Positions 1 to 13,174 of a DNA stretch of 64,000 nt are shown here, one piece after another. The notes under the pieces were generated by a model. It ran no database searches. It worked only from the letters and a program-made list of their open reading frames with translations, and was not told the DNA's origin. Position 1 is the first letter of the stretch. Each line of letters starts with the position of its first letter. The stretch is from Blastocystis sp. Blastoise (lineage: Eukaryota > Protista > Bigyra: Opalinata): positions 1,265,188-1,329,187 of the forward strand of contig JBBPEB010000003.1 of NCBI GenBank assembly GCA_039096225.1, read 5' to 3'. A program made the translations under genes and the position numbers.

Positions 1-51
1 ATAACCGCGGTTTTTTGAATTCAATGTTACTTGTCCATGGACTCTATAGTC

Positions 52-116
<65 letters not shown>

Positions 117-799
117 TCTCCTTTTGATGAAAAACCATGGAAAGTGTTTAATTCGTAAATATTACTACATATACCAACAGATCCCTGAATTCCCGCGGGA
201 TTCCCGAGTTTGAATTCAATTTCACAACAATGTGATGAGTTTTCTTTGCATATATCGAAACCATAAGGAAGTACAGAAAGAATAGATTTTTTAGTTTTTG
301 CATAGAGAGATGGTTTCTCTGTATAATTATTGATATATACACATTCTTTATTTTCTTTATTAGTATAGAAATCCAAAGGTAACTAGAATATTATATATAT
401 AGTTATATATAGTTATATACATCATAATATTTCATTTTTGAAGCATCTATATAATATATAATATATAATAATATATATAATATATAATATATAATAATAT
501 ATATAATATATAATAATATATATAATATATAATATATACCCCAGATCTTCTTAATAAGTGTATTTCCCGTGAGAATTGACACAATATCTATCGATAAATT
601 AACTCCGATATTATTATATATAATCAGAGGAGAGAGAAATTCATTCGATTTATATACTAATTTCTATATATATATAATGATAATTAAGATTATTATTAAT
701 TATATATATATATAATTATATACATTTTTGTAGACATTATTAACATACATATATATATATTCTCCAGAAACAACTTCAAAAGTAACATCAGTTGGAGTA

Positions 800-838
<39 letters not shown>

Positions 839-898
839 TTTTAGCATAGTCGACTATAACAGAGTGTTTTTCATTATTTGTGTATAAATAATTACTAA

Positions 899-932
<34 letters not shown>

Positions 933-1110
933 TATATATATATATACTTTGTAAAACTATAAGTAACACAAAATTCTTTTTTTGCGTTAATAAATCCGAA
1001 ATACAAATCTTTTATTTTCCCGTCGCTGAGAGGGATCATACGGAGGGTGACCCTCACAATCCCCCCTTTATATAACGTATCGAGATACAAATTACCCTTA
1101 GCACCATCTC

Positions 1111-1206
<96 letters not shown>

Positions 1207-2234
1207 AATGCAATGAGTCTTTGAGGCTGACACGTGCGTATTTTCAATTAATCGCGTGCCATTTGGAACAGACTGAAAACGATCTATATAATATTAATAT
1301 ATATAATAATAATAATAATATATATATATACAGTTAAAATTAGGAATAAGCGACAGTTTCTGAATTACAGGAATAGCAGGTTTATAACCAGAAACTATAT
1401 ATATATATATATTAAATGAATAGATTATATAATATATAAATAAAAATAATAAAAAACATAAAGAAACATAAATAATAAATAATAACATAAAAAAGCATAA
1501 ATATAATAATATATGCTTGTATTAATTAATTGCGCTTGTTCACCAGTGGTATATTCCAATAAATGAATTGTTCCCCTATATCCAGAGACAAAGGGAAATA
1601 CACGATCCAAAGAATACTCTTTTGGGATGGTATAATGCTATAAATAGAGTTACATGTATATATATATATATATACATTTTCACTATTGTTAATATGAATA
1701 ATAATTTCATTAGTTTTAGGTAATAAATGAAAACTGATTGTATTTTTATCTTCTAGGTAATAAAATAATAATAAAAAAATAATATTAAATACCTTGCAAT
1801 TCATATTTAAAGTTTGTTGCACGTAATTTATCAAACACAATCATTCTGTTCTTATAACTATAATTCATATAGACATTCATTTCATTAAAAAAATATTAAA
1901 AAACATACATATCAAATAGAAGATAACTACATTGTTTTCCATCTTCAAGAATAACACAACAGCCAACATATAAGCAAGTATTTCCATCATTCTCAATCGA
2001 ATAAGTCCAATCTATAGTATCATCAAGTGAACCTGGACAATAAATGGCACTGGATAAAGTAGTTGTTGGTTCTATATATATATAATATATGTTTAGACAA
2101 GATAAACAAATTGAAATACCTGCAAAAGATATATCTTCTACGTTATTGTTGTCTATGACGATACCAGAAGAGTATTCTTTAGGTACCGTCAAACCTAGAT
2201 TGTTAAATAATGCGTAATAGAGATATACATTCAA
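1..2234 (-). CDS. Multi-exon hypothetical protein; runs off the left window edge; start uncertain
   Basis: Series of higher-GC open segments (e.g. PTTTLSSAIYCPGSLDDTIDWTYSIENDGNTCLYVGCC, VRDGAKGNLYLDTLYKGGIVRVTLRMIPLSDGK) bounded by minus-strand GT(AT)n..AG introns (e.g. 801-838, 1114-1205). No family recognised. Confidence 0.55.
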
Positions 2235-2905
2235 TAAGATTTTTCATTGTAAGAGTATGAATAGAAAAAACCTAAATGTTGAAATTATTTGAAAATGAAA
2301 CTATAGAATAAATTCCCATTATTATTTTTCATTATTAACTTGATTTTTAGATTTATCGCAAAATACTGTTTTTCAGACATTTTCAACCGGAGTATGTTTA
2401 TATATGCTAAATCCTTAGTGTTACTTTTATTAAGTATTAATTAAACTCTATATTAGAATATAGAATCTTGGTATATGAATAGTCTTAAAATTAGAAGACA
2501 ATCTTTTGAGTGAATTAAAGTTGTTTCAATAAACAAGTAACAAATATATTAATATATAAATAATAAACAAACATAGAATATATCATAAACACTGCGTGGA
2601 TATAATAAAGCAAATCAATCAATAAATAGAGAATTATTAAAGAAAAATGGATAATTTGACTATAATAGAATAGTAAACTACAAAGAAATAGAGACTAGAA
2701 CTTAATAAAGTATAAAATTGATATAGGATTTGATTTTAAAAAAATGCAAAAGAAAACAATGAGAAAAGCAGTAAAAAATATAAATCATTGTAATGGGAAA
2801 AATACACTAATATAAAAAAAGAGAATGAAAATAATAGAAAAACTATATAATATTAAAAAGAATAGATTGTTTTTAAAAGTTATATATATAATATATCAAA
2901 TAAGT

Positions 2906-4477
2906 TTATATTTTTCCAATAATAGTATTATTAATATTATTATTATTATTATCATTATTATTATTATTATCATTATTATTATTATTCGTTTGAATATCAT
3001 GGAAAGAATCTTCTGTGAATTCAGGAAGAATTGAAGGTTTAGCATTTAAAAGTGCGTCATTTTCCGTTAAAGAAAGAGGTTTAACAACAGAATATAGTGG
3101 GTCATCAATATATCTCGACGGAACATTTGAATTCTTTTGAGAATAATGATTAGCAGGTCGTTTTTGACGATTATTTTTACAGATTTCTCTAAATCTTTGT
3201 GAACTAAGATGAGGTAGATTATAACGTATATAGATTTGTTTGTGTAAAGATTGATGATCTTTAGTATAGGAATCTTTTAAGAGTAAGGGTTTCCAGAAAT
3301 GTTCAATTTTCTCACAAATATCATTAGAAGAAGGACAAGAGCATAATTGAAGCGCTAATCGCGGTAAATAGACATATTCTGAGGGATATAACCATGTCCA
3401 ATAATGAATATCATCATTCCCTTTATTTTCTAAGAAATAAGTTGTTTTACGATGTTTTAAGAATAATTTGAATTCCTCCTGTATCTCTTTACCATTTTTT
3501 AAATGTGATAAATAATTCATAACTTCTCTATTAAGATGTGTATCATTATATTCATTATCATATTTAATAGATATATAATAACCTAATAAATATAAAGGAT
3601 GTTCAAAAAAAGAAGAATGTTTTTGTAAACAACGATTCATTAATAATAAGTAGGCATTATCTTTTATTTTAGAGAAACCTTCTTTATATATAGCGAATAC
3701 ATCACTTGCATGAGTATCAATAGCTTGAAATTTTCTTTCAATTAAACTTGATATTAATAAGATATCAGCAATTTTATTTAAGGATTTAATGAATGAATCT
3801 TGAAGGATAATAGAACGTACCTTATCGATGTCATCTAACATATTATTTTGAGGATCGTTAATAAATGAAATACAACTAGTATAATTATCACATACATATT
3901 GTATATTTGTATATTCAGTAAAATAATCAATTTTAGAATTATTATTATTATCATTAGTCGTACTACAAGACGAAGAAGAATAAGGTATATAATATTTTTG
4001 TAAGAAATTATAATATGTTCTATAATTTTCTAATAATAGAGGAGGCGATAATAAATTATAGGTACTTGTTTCTTCAGTAGAAAAAGTAGATTTTAAAAAG
4101 TCTTCAATTAATAATCTTGTTTCATATACAGAACTACTTATATATAACTTCTGAATACTATTTTCAGAATTATCATTATATATAGTATTTCCTTCTATTT
4201 CAGAAACAATTCCTTGTATTTTTTGATCTCCAATTTGTTTATATACTTGTTTCTCCATGATTTCGATATTTTCAGGTGTTTTCTGAAGTGTGCTGAAATC
4301 ATAAGTATCATAATAATACGGAGTATTATCAGCTATTATACCGACATTCACAAAATTATTATGATTCTTTATATCTGAACCTATATATATATATATATAG
4401 ATATAGATTATAAAGAATATAAGTTAATATATATAGAGATTTAAAAAATAAATATAAAACATAAGAAATAATGATAA

Positions 4478-4533
<56 letters not shown>

Positions 4534-5264
4534 ATTATGACACATGAATACAGTATTTGAGGATTGTATATCATCGTCAACAAGAGTCTTCACATTATCA
4601 TAACATATATTTAAATATTTATTCTTATCTTCTTCCTTAGTAACTGGTCTATAGCTAGGTGACCCATGTTTTATAGCTTCTACTAAATATTCATCATTCA
4701 CATGATTATAATCAATACCTAGATAGTATTATCATTAGTATTATTTTATTATTATTATTTTATTTTATTTTTTTTATAATAATAATAATAAAAATAAAAA
4801 TAATAATTATTATTATATAAAAACAAAAACATAATAAAGAGAAATCATCATAAAAATAATAATAAAAAAAAAAAACACACACACATATATATACCATTTT
4901 TACTAAAGAATAAAAATAGATTTTCACTAATGAGTTCATTGTCACAAACATCTTGATTAGGAGATACAGCTATATGATTCTTTTCTAAAAAGTTATGAGC
5001 TTGTTTTCGTTTTACATTTTCATAGTAATTACGAACTTCAGTGAGAAATTCATTCCAAAGTGTTTCATCAATAGAAGCAGGACAAGGAATATCGGAATGT
5101 TTTGCTAAATGTTGTTTCAATTTTGAAATATTATATTTTACATTTGCACTGGGACCATCAAAATTCTTACAAATATAGCAAAAGTAACCTTTCTGAGGAT
5201 TTTCTTCATTTGTTTTAAATAACTTTAAAATTTCTGCATATTTATTTCTTGGGATATCAGACAT
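2906..5264 (-). CDS. hAT-transposase-derived protein (BED-like Zn finger + DUF659 + hAT C-terminal dimerisation domain), 3 exons
   Basis: Exons 5264-4895, 4718-4533 and 4380-2906 splice in frame via GT-AG. Motifs: CYIC..KQHLAKH (BED-like); GIDYNHVNDEYLVEAIKHGSPSYRP and IGDQKIQGIVSE (DUF659-type hAT); HPLYLLGYYI; YWTW..YLPRLALQLCSCPSSNDICEK..IYIRYNL (hAT dimerisation). Confidence 0.8.
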
Positions 5265-6224
5265 ATTGCAAAGATCTATATAAATAAAGAGATGTTCACT
5301 TGGTTTCAGAAATCTATGTAAAAAAATACATAAGTAAAGGTGTCAAATACAAACAAAAAATAAAGCTTTATACTTTAGGATTTCCTGACAAATTTCTATA
5401 ACCATGAAATTTCTTGAGAAAGTTCTTCTTTTTTATTCATAGAAATTTATGAGAAATAACCAATAATTTTGCATCTTTTTAAAAGAATTCGCAAAGAAAT
5501 ATGGAAAAAGACGAATGATCATTTTTTTTTGAGAAGAAAAAGAAATTCAATAGAAAAGAAAAGTCTTTTAATTATTTAAATAAGATGTTTATTCTTTGGT
5601 GAACTACTCTGCTGATATGAATCATGAGGATTCTAAGAGAATCTGATGACTAGATGTATTTTATTTTGAATTTGGAAGAAGAATGTAATGAATAATTTAT
5701 AACATTATGTGATATTTCTCATAATATTGTGGTGAAACAAATGAAATGATTGTTTGGGAATGTAGAGAATGATTTTAACTTTTGATGATTTAATAAAGAG
5801 TATTTTAGTAAATGTGCTTTCTTTAAGATTGGATATTATGAAGATATTTACCCAAGAGTTGCAGTCAGTTTATAGACAAAAGATGAGTTTTTATTTTGTT
5901 ATTGAAAAGGTTTAGGATGGTCGATAATTGAGTTAAAAAGGATGAATACAATATTGATTTATATATTTATATAATAAAATATATTTATGAATATCAGTGA
6001 TCAATTATATTGTCCTCTTTTGAAATGGATTAGTGTGGTATAATTGTTTTTATAGAATTAGAATAAGAATATGATGATATTCAAAAAAATATTTATTTAT
6101 TTGAAAATTTGTAACAAAACAATGTTTTTATAAATAGATATAGCTATTAAGATAATGAATTAAATATATATATATATATATGGTAAAAAAAGATGAATAG
6201 ATAGAGTATACTGTATATAAAGTA

Positions 6225-6316
6225 TTAATTAGTAAGTTTATCTAAAGGACTATCTTCATCACTGAATATATTATTATTATTATTATTATTATTATTAGTA
6301 GTAGTAATATTATCAG

Positions 6317-6386
<70 letters not shown>

Positions 6387-7514
6387 TTGTTCTAAAGATT
6401 CATTTTGATTGGATGATTCTACGGTAGATACATCAAATATCTGGTTTCCTTCTTCTAAGAATTTCTTTTCTAGGTGATTTTTAATACAAAAACTTGATAT
6501 TGTTTCATTTAAATCGATATGTTCTGCAGCAAGACGACTTGACAATTGTAAACCTATTTATATACTAATTATATTTATTATTCTAAGAAAATAGTTTTTT
6601 CTAAAGGAATATTTTTAAAAAATACTTTATAAATGAATATTATATAATAAATAATAATAAATAAGATAATAATATAATAATAATAAAGTATACTTTTTAA
6701 AGGAATAGTAACAATTTCATCTTCATCTTGAGTAATGATTCCTTTCAATTCCAATAAATTCACTTGACGTAAATATTCAACACGATTCAACTTTTTTGTA
6801 TGAGCAGGTAAATGCATCTATATATATATATATATTTTGTATAAAAATAATTGAATTATTCAACTAATAATAATAAACATATAATAATAATAAACATATA
6901 ATAATAATATTAATAATAATAAACATATAATAATAATAAACATATAATAATAATAAACATATAATAATAATAATAATAATAAACATATAATAATAATAAA
7001 TAATTACAAGACTCATATAATTATCAAAGCCTTTTCTATTTTCCATTTTATTTGATTTTGTTTCTTGAGCAACCAACCATAATGATAGTAAAGTGTAACA
7101 AGTTTCACTTTTATTTGGAGGTATATACGATGAGACAGATGTACTCTCTTTTGAAACCAATTTAGGCTCATTGTTTTCATCCTTATCTTTTGTTGATGAT
7201 TTTGAAGGCTTCTTCTTCTCATTAAAGATCTCAGCTAGAACAAGCATAGTCCATCGACCAACTCCTGATATATCAGCAAATTCTTTTGATGAAACATATT
7301 TCTTTTCAGATCTAAGTTAAATAAAATAATATATTATGATCACTATATCAATTAAATCATAAATATACTTCGCAACAATGTTAATTACTCGTTGAAGTGT
7401 CTTGACCATAAATGGCTTATTATCTGACTCAGATTTCTGCTTTCTAGCCATCAACTCCATGTATAAGAAATCATTTTCATGATTCTTACAATTTGTTTCT
7501 TTTATCTCTGACAT
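6225..7514 (-). CDS. MUS81-like N-terminal HhH + winged-helix protein, 4 exons, no ERCC4 nuclease domain visible
   Basis: Exons 7514-7369, 7311-7008, 6817-6694 and 6553-6225 join in frame. NCKNHENDFLYMELMARKQK..KTLQRVINIVAK..SKEFADISGVGRWTML resembles the MUS81 N-terminal HhH; YIPPNKSETCYTLLSLW resembles the start of the MUS81 WH domain. Ends in poly-Asn and TAA. Confidence 0.6.
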
Positions 7515-8744
7515 ATCAAAACTAATAAAATAAAAATATCATAAATTTTTTCGTGGGTTTTTTTTGTTCTTTAATTACGTTACTATAAAATTCTGAAATA
7601 AATCATAAATGTAAACCTTACATGATCTCATGCAATGTGTCAATCGTATGAAATTGTTTGTCTATGCAATTCATTACATATTTTTTTTTAATCTTATAAA
7701 TCTATACTCGCCAGATTCAACTAATATATGAAATTCTATTTAGGGATGAACTAAGATGGATTGTATATAAAATTCATTAGTCAATGGAACCTTTTCATTA
7801 TTCACTGTTTATAAATGATTGCAAACAATATTTTCGCTATCTAGAACTGATTGAAAAACATATTCTAATCACAGATTTGATTGAAATATATAATTGATTG
7901 TCATATACCGTTTCTTTTTATTGTCTACTCTTCAATATTATAGGAAATGAGTGCTAATGATATTATAAGTATCAATTGCTGCTATAATTGCAAGAGAATG
8001 ATGCTCTATCTACTGTTAAATGGTCATGAGTAAAATAAAACCTGCGTTTCTCCTTTATAATGAATGAAATATATTATATGGTTCTCCTTATGTCATGCAT
8101 GTTTTAAAATATCTAAAGATTCTTCGTTCTTCATTTTACAACTTGTATATCTTTAAAAAGTGAAGAAGAAACACAACATGATTAAAAATTGAATTGATTC
8201 TTCGCTTTTTAAAATATTATCTGGTTTTATTTTTAAAACTGTGTTTGAAAAATTGCTAAGATCATTGGTTTCATTGATTGATCTAAAGATTGGTTCAACC
8301 AATAGTCTTTTTGTTTGATTTATTTTGAGCTTATGCTTTAGATTGAATGAATTTGAATGGTTACATATATAACAAATCGCTCTATAAGGCATTTGCAAAC
8401 TCTTATGTTGAAAAACAAATTCATGATGAGAAGAATATTATTAGTGAATCATTGTCGTTTAACTTCTCTTGGTCTTCCATTCTTTCAAATAATTGAACTC
8501 TTAGTGGAAGAGAGCGAATTCTGCTATATTAAATGAAGAATCATGAGTAAAAACGAAGAAAATCAAAAACGAAGTTTTGCTAAATTCAAGTTTTAGTAAA
8601 TGAGGAAAATGAAACTGGATTGTTTCACTATAGAACGAAACTGGGTTTTGATGTCCTTTTTGTTTTTTTTAATATTGCCAATGAATTCATATTTATTTTA
8701 TTTTATTTTAAATAAATAATAAAGAATATACTTCTTCTTTAAAG

Positions 8745-11700
8745 ATGAAAGCTTTTTTATTGTTTCCATTCCTAATTAGTCTTGCATTTGCTATTAATGG
8801 TATGAATAAATACTTCAATATATATAAAGTCAAACTCTATAGTCAAGAACACATGCTCCTATCCGCTGACACCTATTCTGGTGAGAATTCGTTCTGAACA
8901 TAATATTGATTATATGTTTGATATTTATCAAGGATATAATAATAATCTTACTGAAGGGAAATATGTTATGCGATATGCTGGTGGAGAACATGAACTGTAT
9001 ACTGAAAGAACTTGGTCCTTATGTATTCAATATGAAAAGATATATACTTTGAATGTGACTACTTATGCGTATCTATAAATATTATAATTATTTTATCATT
9101 GATTCTATATATATATAGAGATTATAGATGGTATGAAACTGATGCTGTATCAGTCACTCACATGGGAAAACTTATTTGGTATGGTAATAATTATTTGTAT
9201 CGTTTCTCTGCTTATACACTCTTCCTTTTCAGACGTATATATATGCTATTTTTTATTTTATTATTTTTTATTTATTATTTTTTATTTTTTATTTTTTATT
9301 TATTTATTATTGTTTTTTATTTATTTATTATTTATTTATTATTATTATTTATTATTTATTATTATTATTTATTATTTATTATTATTATATATTATTTATT
9401 AACTATTATATATTATTTATTAACTATTATATATTATTTATTAACTATTATATATTATTTATTAACTATGATATATTATTTATTAACTATTATATATTAT
9501 TTATTAACTATTATATAGTTCCAAAGCCATCTCGTATATATTCTTCTTTATATACAACAGCTGCTCAATTCTCTGATATGTGGCATATGAATGATTATTT
9601 TTATGAACATTATGAAGAACCTCCTTATTTTGGATGGCCAGAGTACTCAAATCATTTAAATTATACTTCAAATGTTATTACTACTTATTTTAAATATTCT
9701 TTTGATAATCCTATTACTTACAGATATTTACGTTTTGTTATTGAAACAAGATTTAGCTTTATTTTATATGCTGGTGATTTAGAAGTTTTCAGATACGGTC
9801 TTCCTATGTATATATATTATTATATAAAATATTATTATTATATATTATTATATATATTGTATATTATATATTATTATACTATTCTATACTATTATATATA
9901 TATATATATAGGGGTGAAATAACACCATTTACAGAAGGTACTGAATGTTCTGATACTCCTAGACAAGTCATGTATATCTATATAATAACTATTATTTTGT
10001 TATTTTCTACTCTATTTATATATATTATTATATAATAATTTTTTTTTATTTAAAAATATAATCTATATATATAATATATATATAGTGTGGGTGTTCCTTT
10101 CTTCTACTGGAAGCATTGGGATTATCCTGATTTAACTATAGATATAGAAACCCATCGATGCCAGAAACCTGCTCCAGGAACAAACTCTACTGAATCTTTT
10201 ACTATTACTATTGATGCTATGAAACTTGAAGGAGGTATATATTTATAATAATAATAATAATTATTATTATATATATATATATTTCAGTCAATATTCTAAA
10301 TATATACACTACTTTTTATAATAAAACTAAAAAAATAATTTATTCACTCTATATATATAGAATTTGATATTGAATATTATGAGCCTATTAGTCCAGTTTC
10401 TGTTACAGCCACGTGTACTCCTGATTCTGAAGAATTCGAAGAACGTTGTTTACAAATAACTTCTTTATGGCCTATAACTCATTATTATAATCGTGTTACT
10501 CCTTCTGCTACTGTTATATTAGAATTCCAAGATAATGCTTATTTATATTTTAATGCTTATAGTTTTATGAAAGATGATCATTTTAGAAACGAAAGTGCTC
10601 CTACTGCTTGGGAAGTGTATGGATATAATGTTACTTTAAATTCTTGGATTATTCTTGATGCTGAACGATTCATTGATTTAAATCAAAATGTTACTTTCTA
10701 TAATACAAAAGTATTACATCAAATTTTCCATAAAATTAAATTTATATTTACTGCAAGTGCTAGTGGTGTAGATATAGCTATTCCTCATATAAAATTCTGG
10801 TTTGATCATGTTTATGATACAGTTTTAGGAGGTCGTCCTGTATTTAGTTTATTCCATCGTAAATTTATTGGTTATTCTCATCATTATCACGGAGACCCAC
10901 GTTATTATGGAGAACAAATTGTATTATTCCCTGATAAGGAATTCTTTACTACTCCTGAAAGTTTAGAATATTTTGTAGATTTAGATTACAGAACCAATGT
11001 TTTAATGCCTGGAGATGATCCTATACCTTTTAGAATGAGTCTTGCTTTCTATTGGGATTATTTATATGATAGACTTATTCCTGCAATAAGTGATCTTTGT
11101 ACTAATTGTACTCTTGCAGAAGTTGACGAATTAATGAAAAACCAAACTGCAAGCGGCTCAAAATGTGAAGTTCGCGTCCCACAAACTTTTACTGGCACTA
11201 TTACTGTTACTAGTAATTGTACTGCTATTTATCGTGATAAAAATGGTGAAATTATTTATCCATTCAATACTATAAGTAATTCTGAATCTAATAATGATAA
11301 TTCTGAATCTAATAATAATAATTCTGAATCTAATAATGATAATTCTGAATCTAATAATGATAATTCTGAAGATACTAGTACTACAGAAAATACTACTAGT
11401 CAGTCTACTACAGAAAATACTACTACAGAAAATACTACTCCTGAAAGTACTACTACTCCTGAAAGTACTACTACTCCTGAAAGTACTAGTACTACTGAGT
11501 CTACTACTACTCCTGAAAGTACTACTCCTGAAACTACTGAAACTACAACAACTACTACTCTTCCTGAGTCTACTACTACAGAAAATACTACTACTGAAAC
11601 TACTACTTCTGAAAATACTCCTGAGTCTACTACTCCTGAAACTACTACTACTACTACTTCTGAAACTCCTGAGTCTACTACTACAGAAAATACTACTACT

Positions 11701-11874
11701 GAAAATACTACTACTGAAACTACTACTACTGAAAATACTACTACTGAAACTACTACTCCTGAAACTCCTTCTACAACTGCAACTACTAATGCTTCTCTTC
11801 CTACTTCAACTTTAGTTTCTACACCTGAAGAAACACAAAATCAAGTTCAAAATGCTCGTCATCTTCGACACTAA
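8745..11874 (+). CDS. Secreted multi-exon protein with galactose-binding-like beta domain(s) and a Thr/Glu-rich mucin-like C-terminal stalk
   Basis: Signal peptide MKAFLLFPFLISLAFA at 8745; about 6 GT-AG introns. APTAWEVYGYN..WIILD segment resembles discoidin/F5-8-like folds. TTPES/TTEN repeats at ~11370-11790. Confidence 0.65.
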
Positions 11875-13174
11875 TGTAAAAGAATCTATTTTATTTATAT
11901 GTATATACTACTTTCAATATTCTTCTGATTTCATTTCTTTTTTTTTTGTTTTAATTTCTATATTTATCATAATTTTATATATTTATATTAATAACTATTT
12001 ATCATTATAATTCTCATACAACATTCTATTTCTTTATTAAAAATCTTTGATATTTATTAATACCATTTCTGATTTTATCTTCATTCTATATATATATCAC
12101 ATAATAAAGATTTCTTTTCTTGTTTTTTTTAACAACGAAAACTATATGATTTCTATTTTTTTTCTCTCTATTTTTTATTCATTCATTTATATATACTCTC
12201 TATATGACTTATTATATCATTTCAAACTTATTTAGTTTCTATGATTCTTCTGTTTAAAGTCTTTATTAAAAGAAAATAAAAGAGTTTTGTTTAGTGTTTT
12301 TTTTTTCCAAAATAATATATTCTTATTGATTTACAATTTATTAAAACACTTAAAAATAGAATAAGAGACAAAATAAAGTACTAATAAATTAAAAATATTC
12401 AAAAGTCGTGGAAATCACTTTTTTTCTTCTTTTGTTTATCCTCATCATTCTTCGGAACAGAATAATCCACTGTTTATATACAAGATATGAGGGCACTTTT
12501 TCCTTGAAAACTTTTTAGTATTGTCATTCTCAAAAAAATAAGTTTATCTTCATATGAAAAAAACTACTTATTCTTTTGAAGAGGGAAGACACATGAATAG
12601 TTTATCATATATATTGATTTTGATCTATATTAAGAATGAAAATGAATAAATGAATCATCAAACTAGAATAACCTCAAAACAACACTTCTTCAGAAATACT
12701 AAAAATGATTTTCATTAATATTGAGTGTTTTGTTATAATCTATATATCATCATAAAGACAAAGAGATTCTACTCTGTGTATACATAAAAAAAATAGAAAA
12801 ATATATAAAATCAATGAATAAATCAATGATAAATACAAAATAAACGAAGAAAAAAGAAAAATGACAGAACCTGTAGAAGCTAGGATTCCTCGAGGAATTT
12901 CAACAATTCTATCACATTTGACTTCGTCTTTTTAGTAATTATTCTTTGATTGAGAGAAGAAACAATAATATTTTATAAGTTATACATATTGACTCTAGTT
13001 GGTCTATTTTAATTTTAAGTGTTACTACACTTCTTTAGATCTATAGGAGTCCATATACAAACATGCGCGCGTTCACAATTATTCTTTTTTACGTTGCAAC
13101 TTGTATATAAATCAATATATTCTATATAAAGATTTATAACAGGTTGCTCTATTTGTATATTTCCCAAAGAGGAA

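Noticed and set aside
31-1337. ORFs rich in [18 protein letters not shown] (also at 26307, 30881, 61441, 62809 and elsewhere)
   Set aside because: They are translations of intronic (AT)n/(TAT)n microsatellites or antisense/off-frame reads of Asn-rich exons.
8153-8398. 81-codon ORF with CxxC (CYIC)
   Set aside because: Upstream stop, no clear splice sites and no recognisable family; not supportable.
11280-11790. Regular repeats resembling a CRISPR or minisatellite array
   Set aside because: In-frame coding repeats (SESNNDN, TTPES) with no unique spacers; eukaryotic context.
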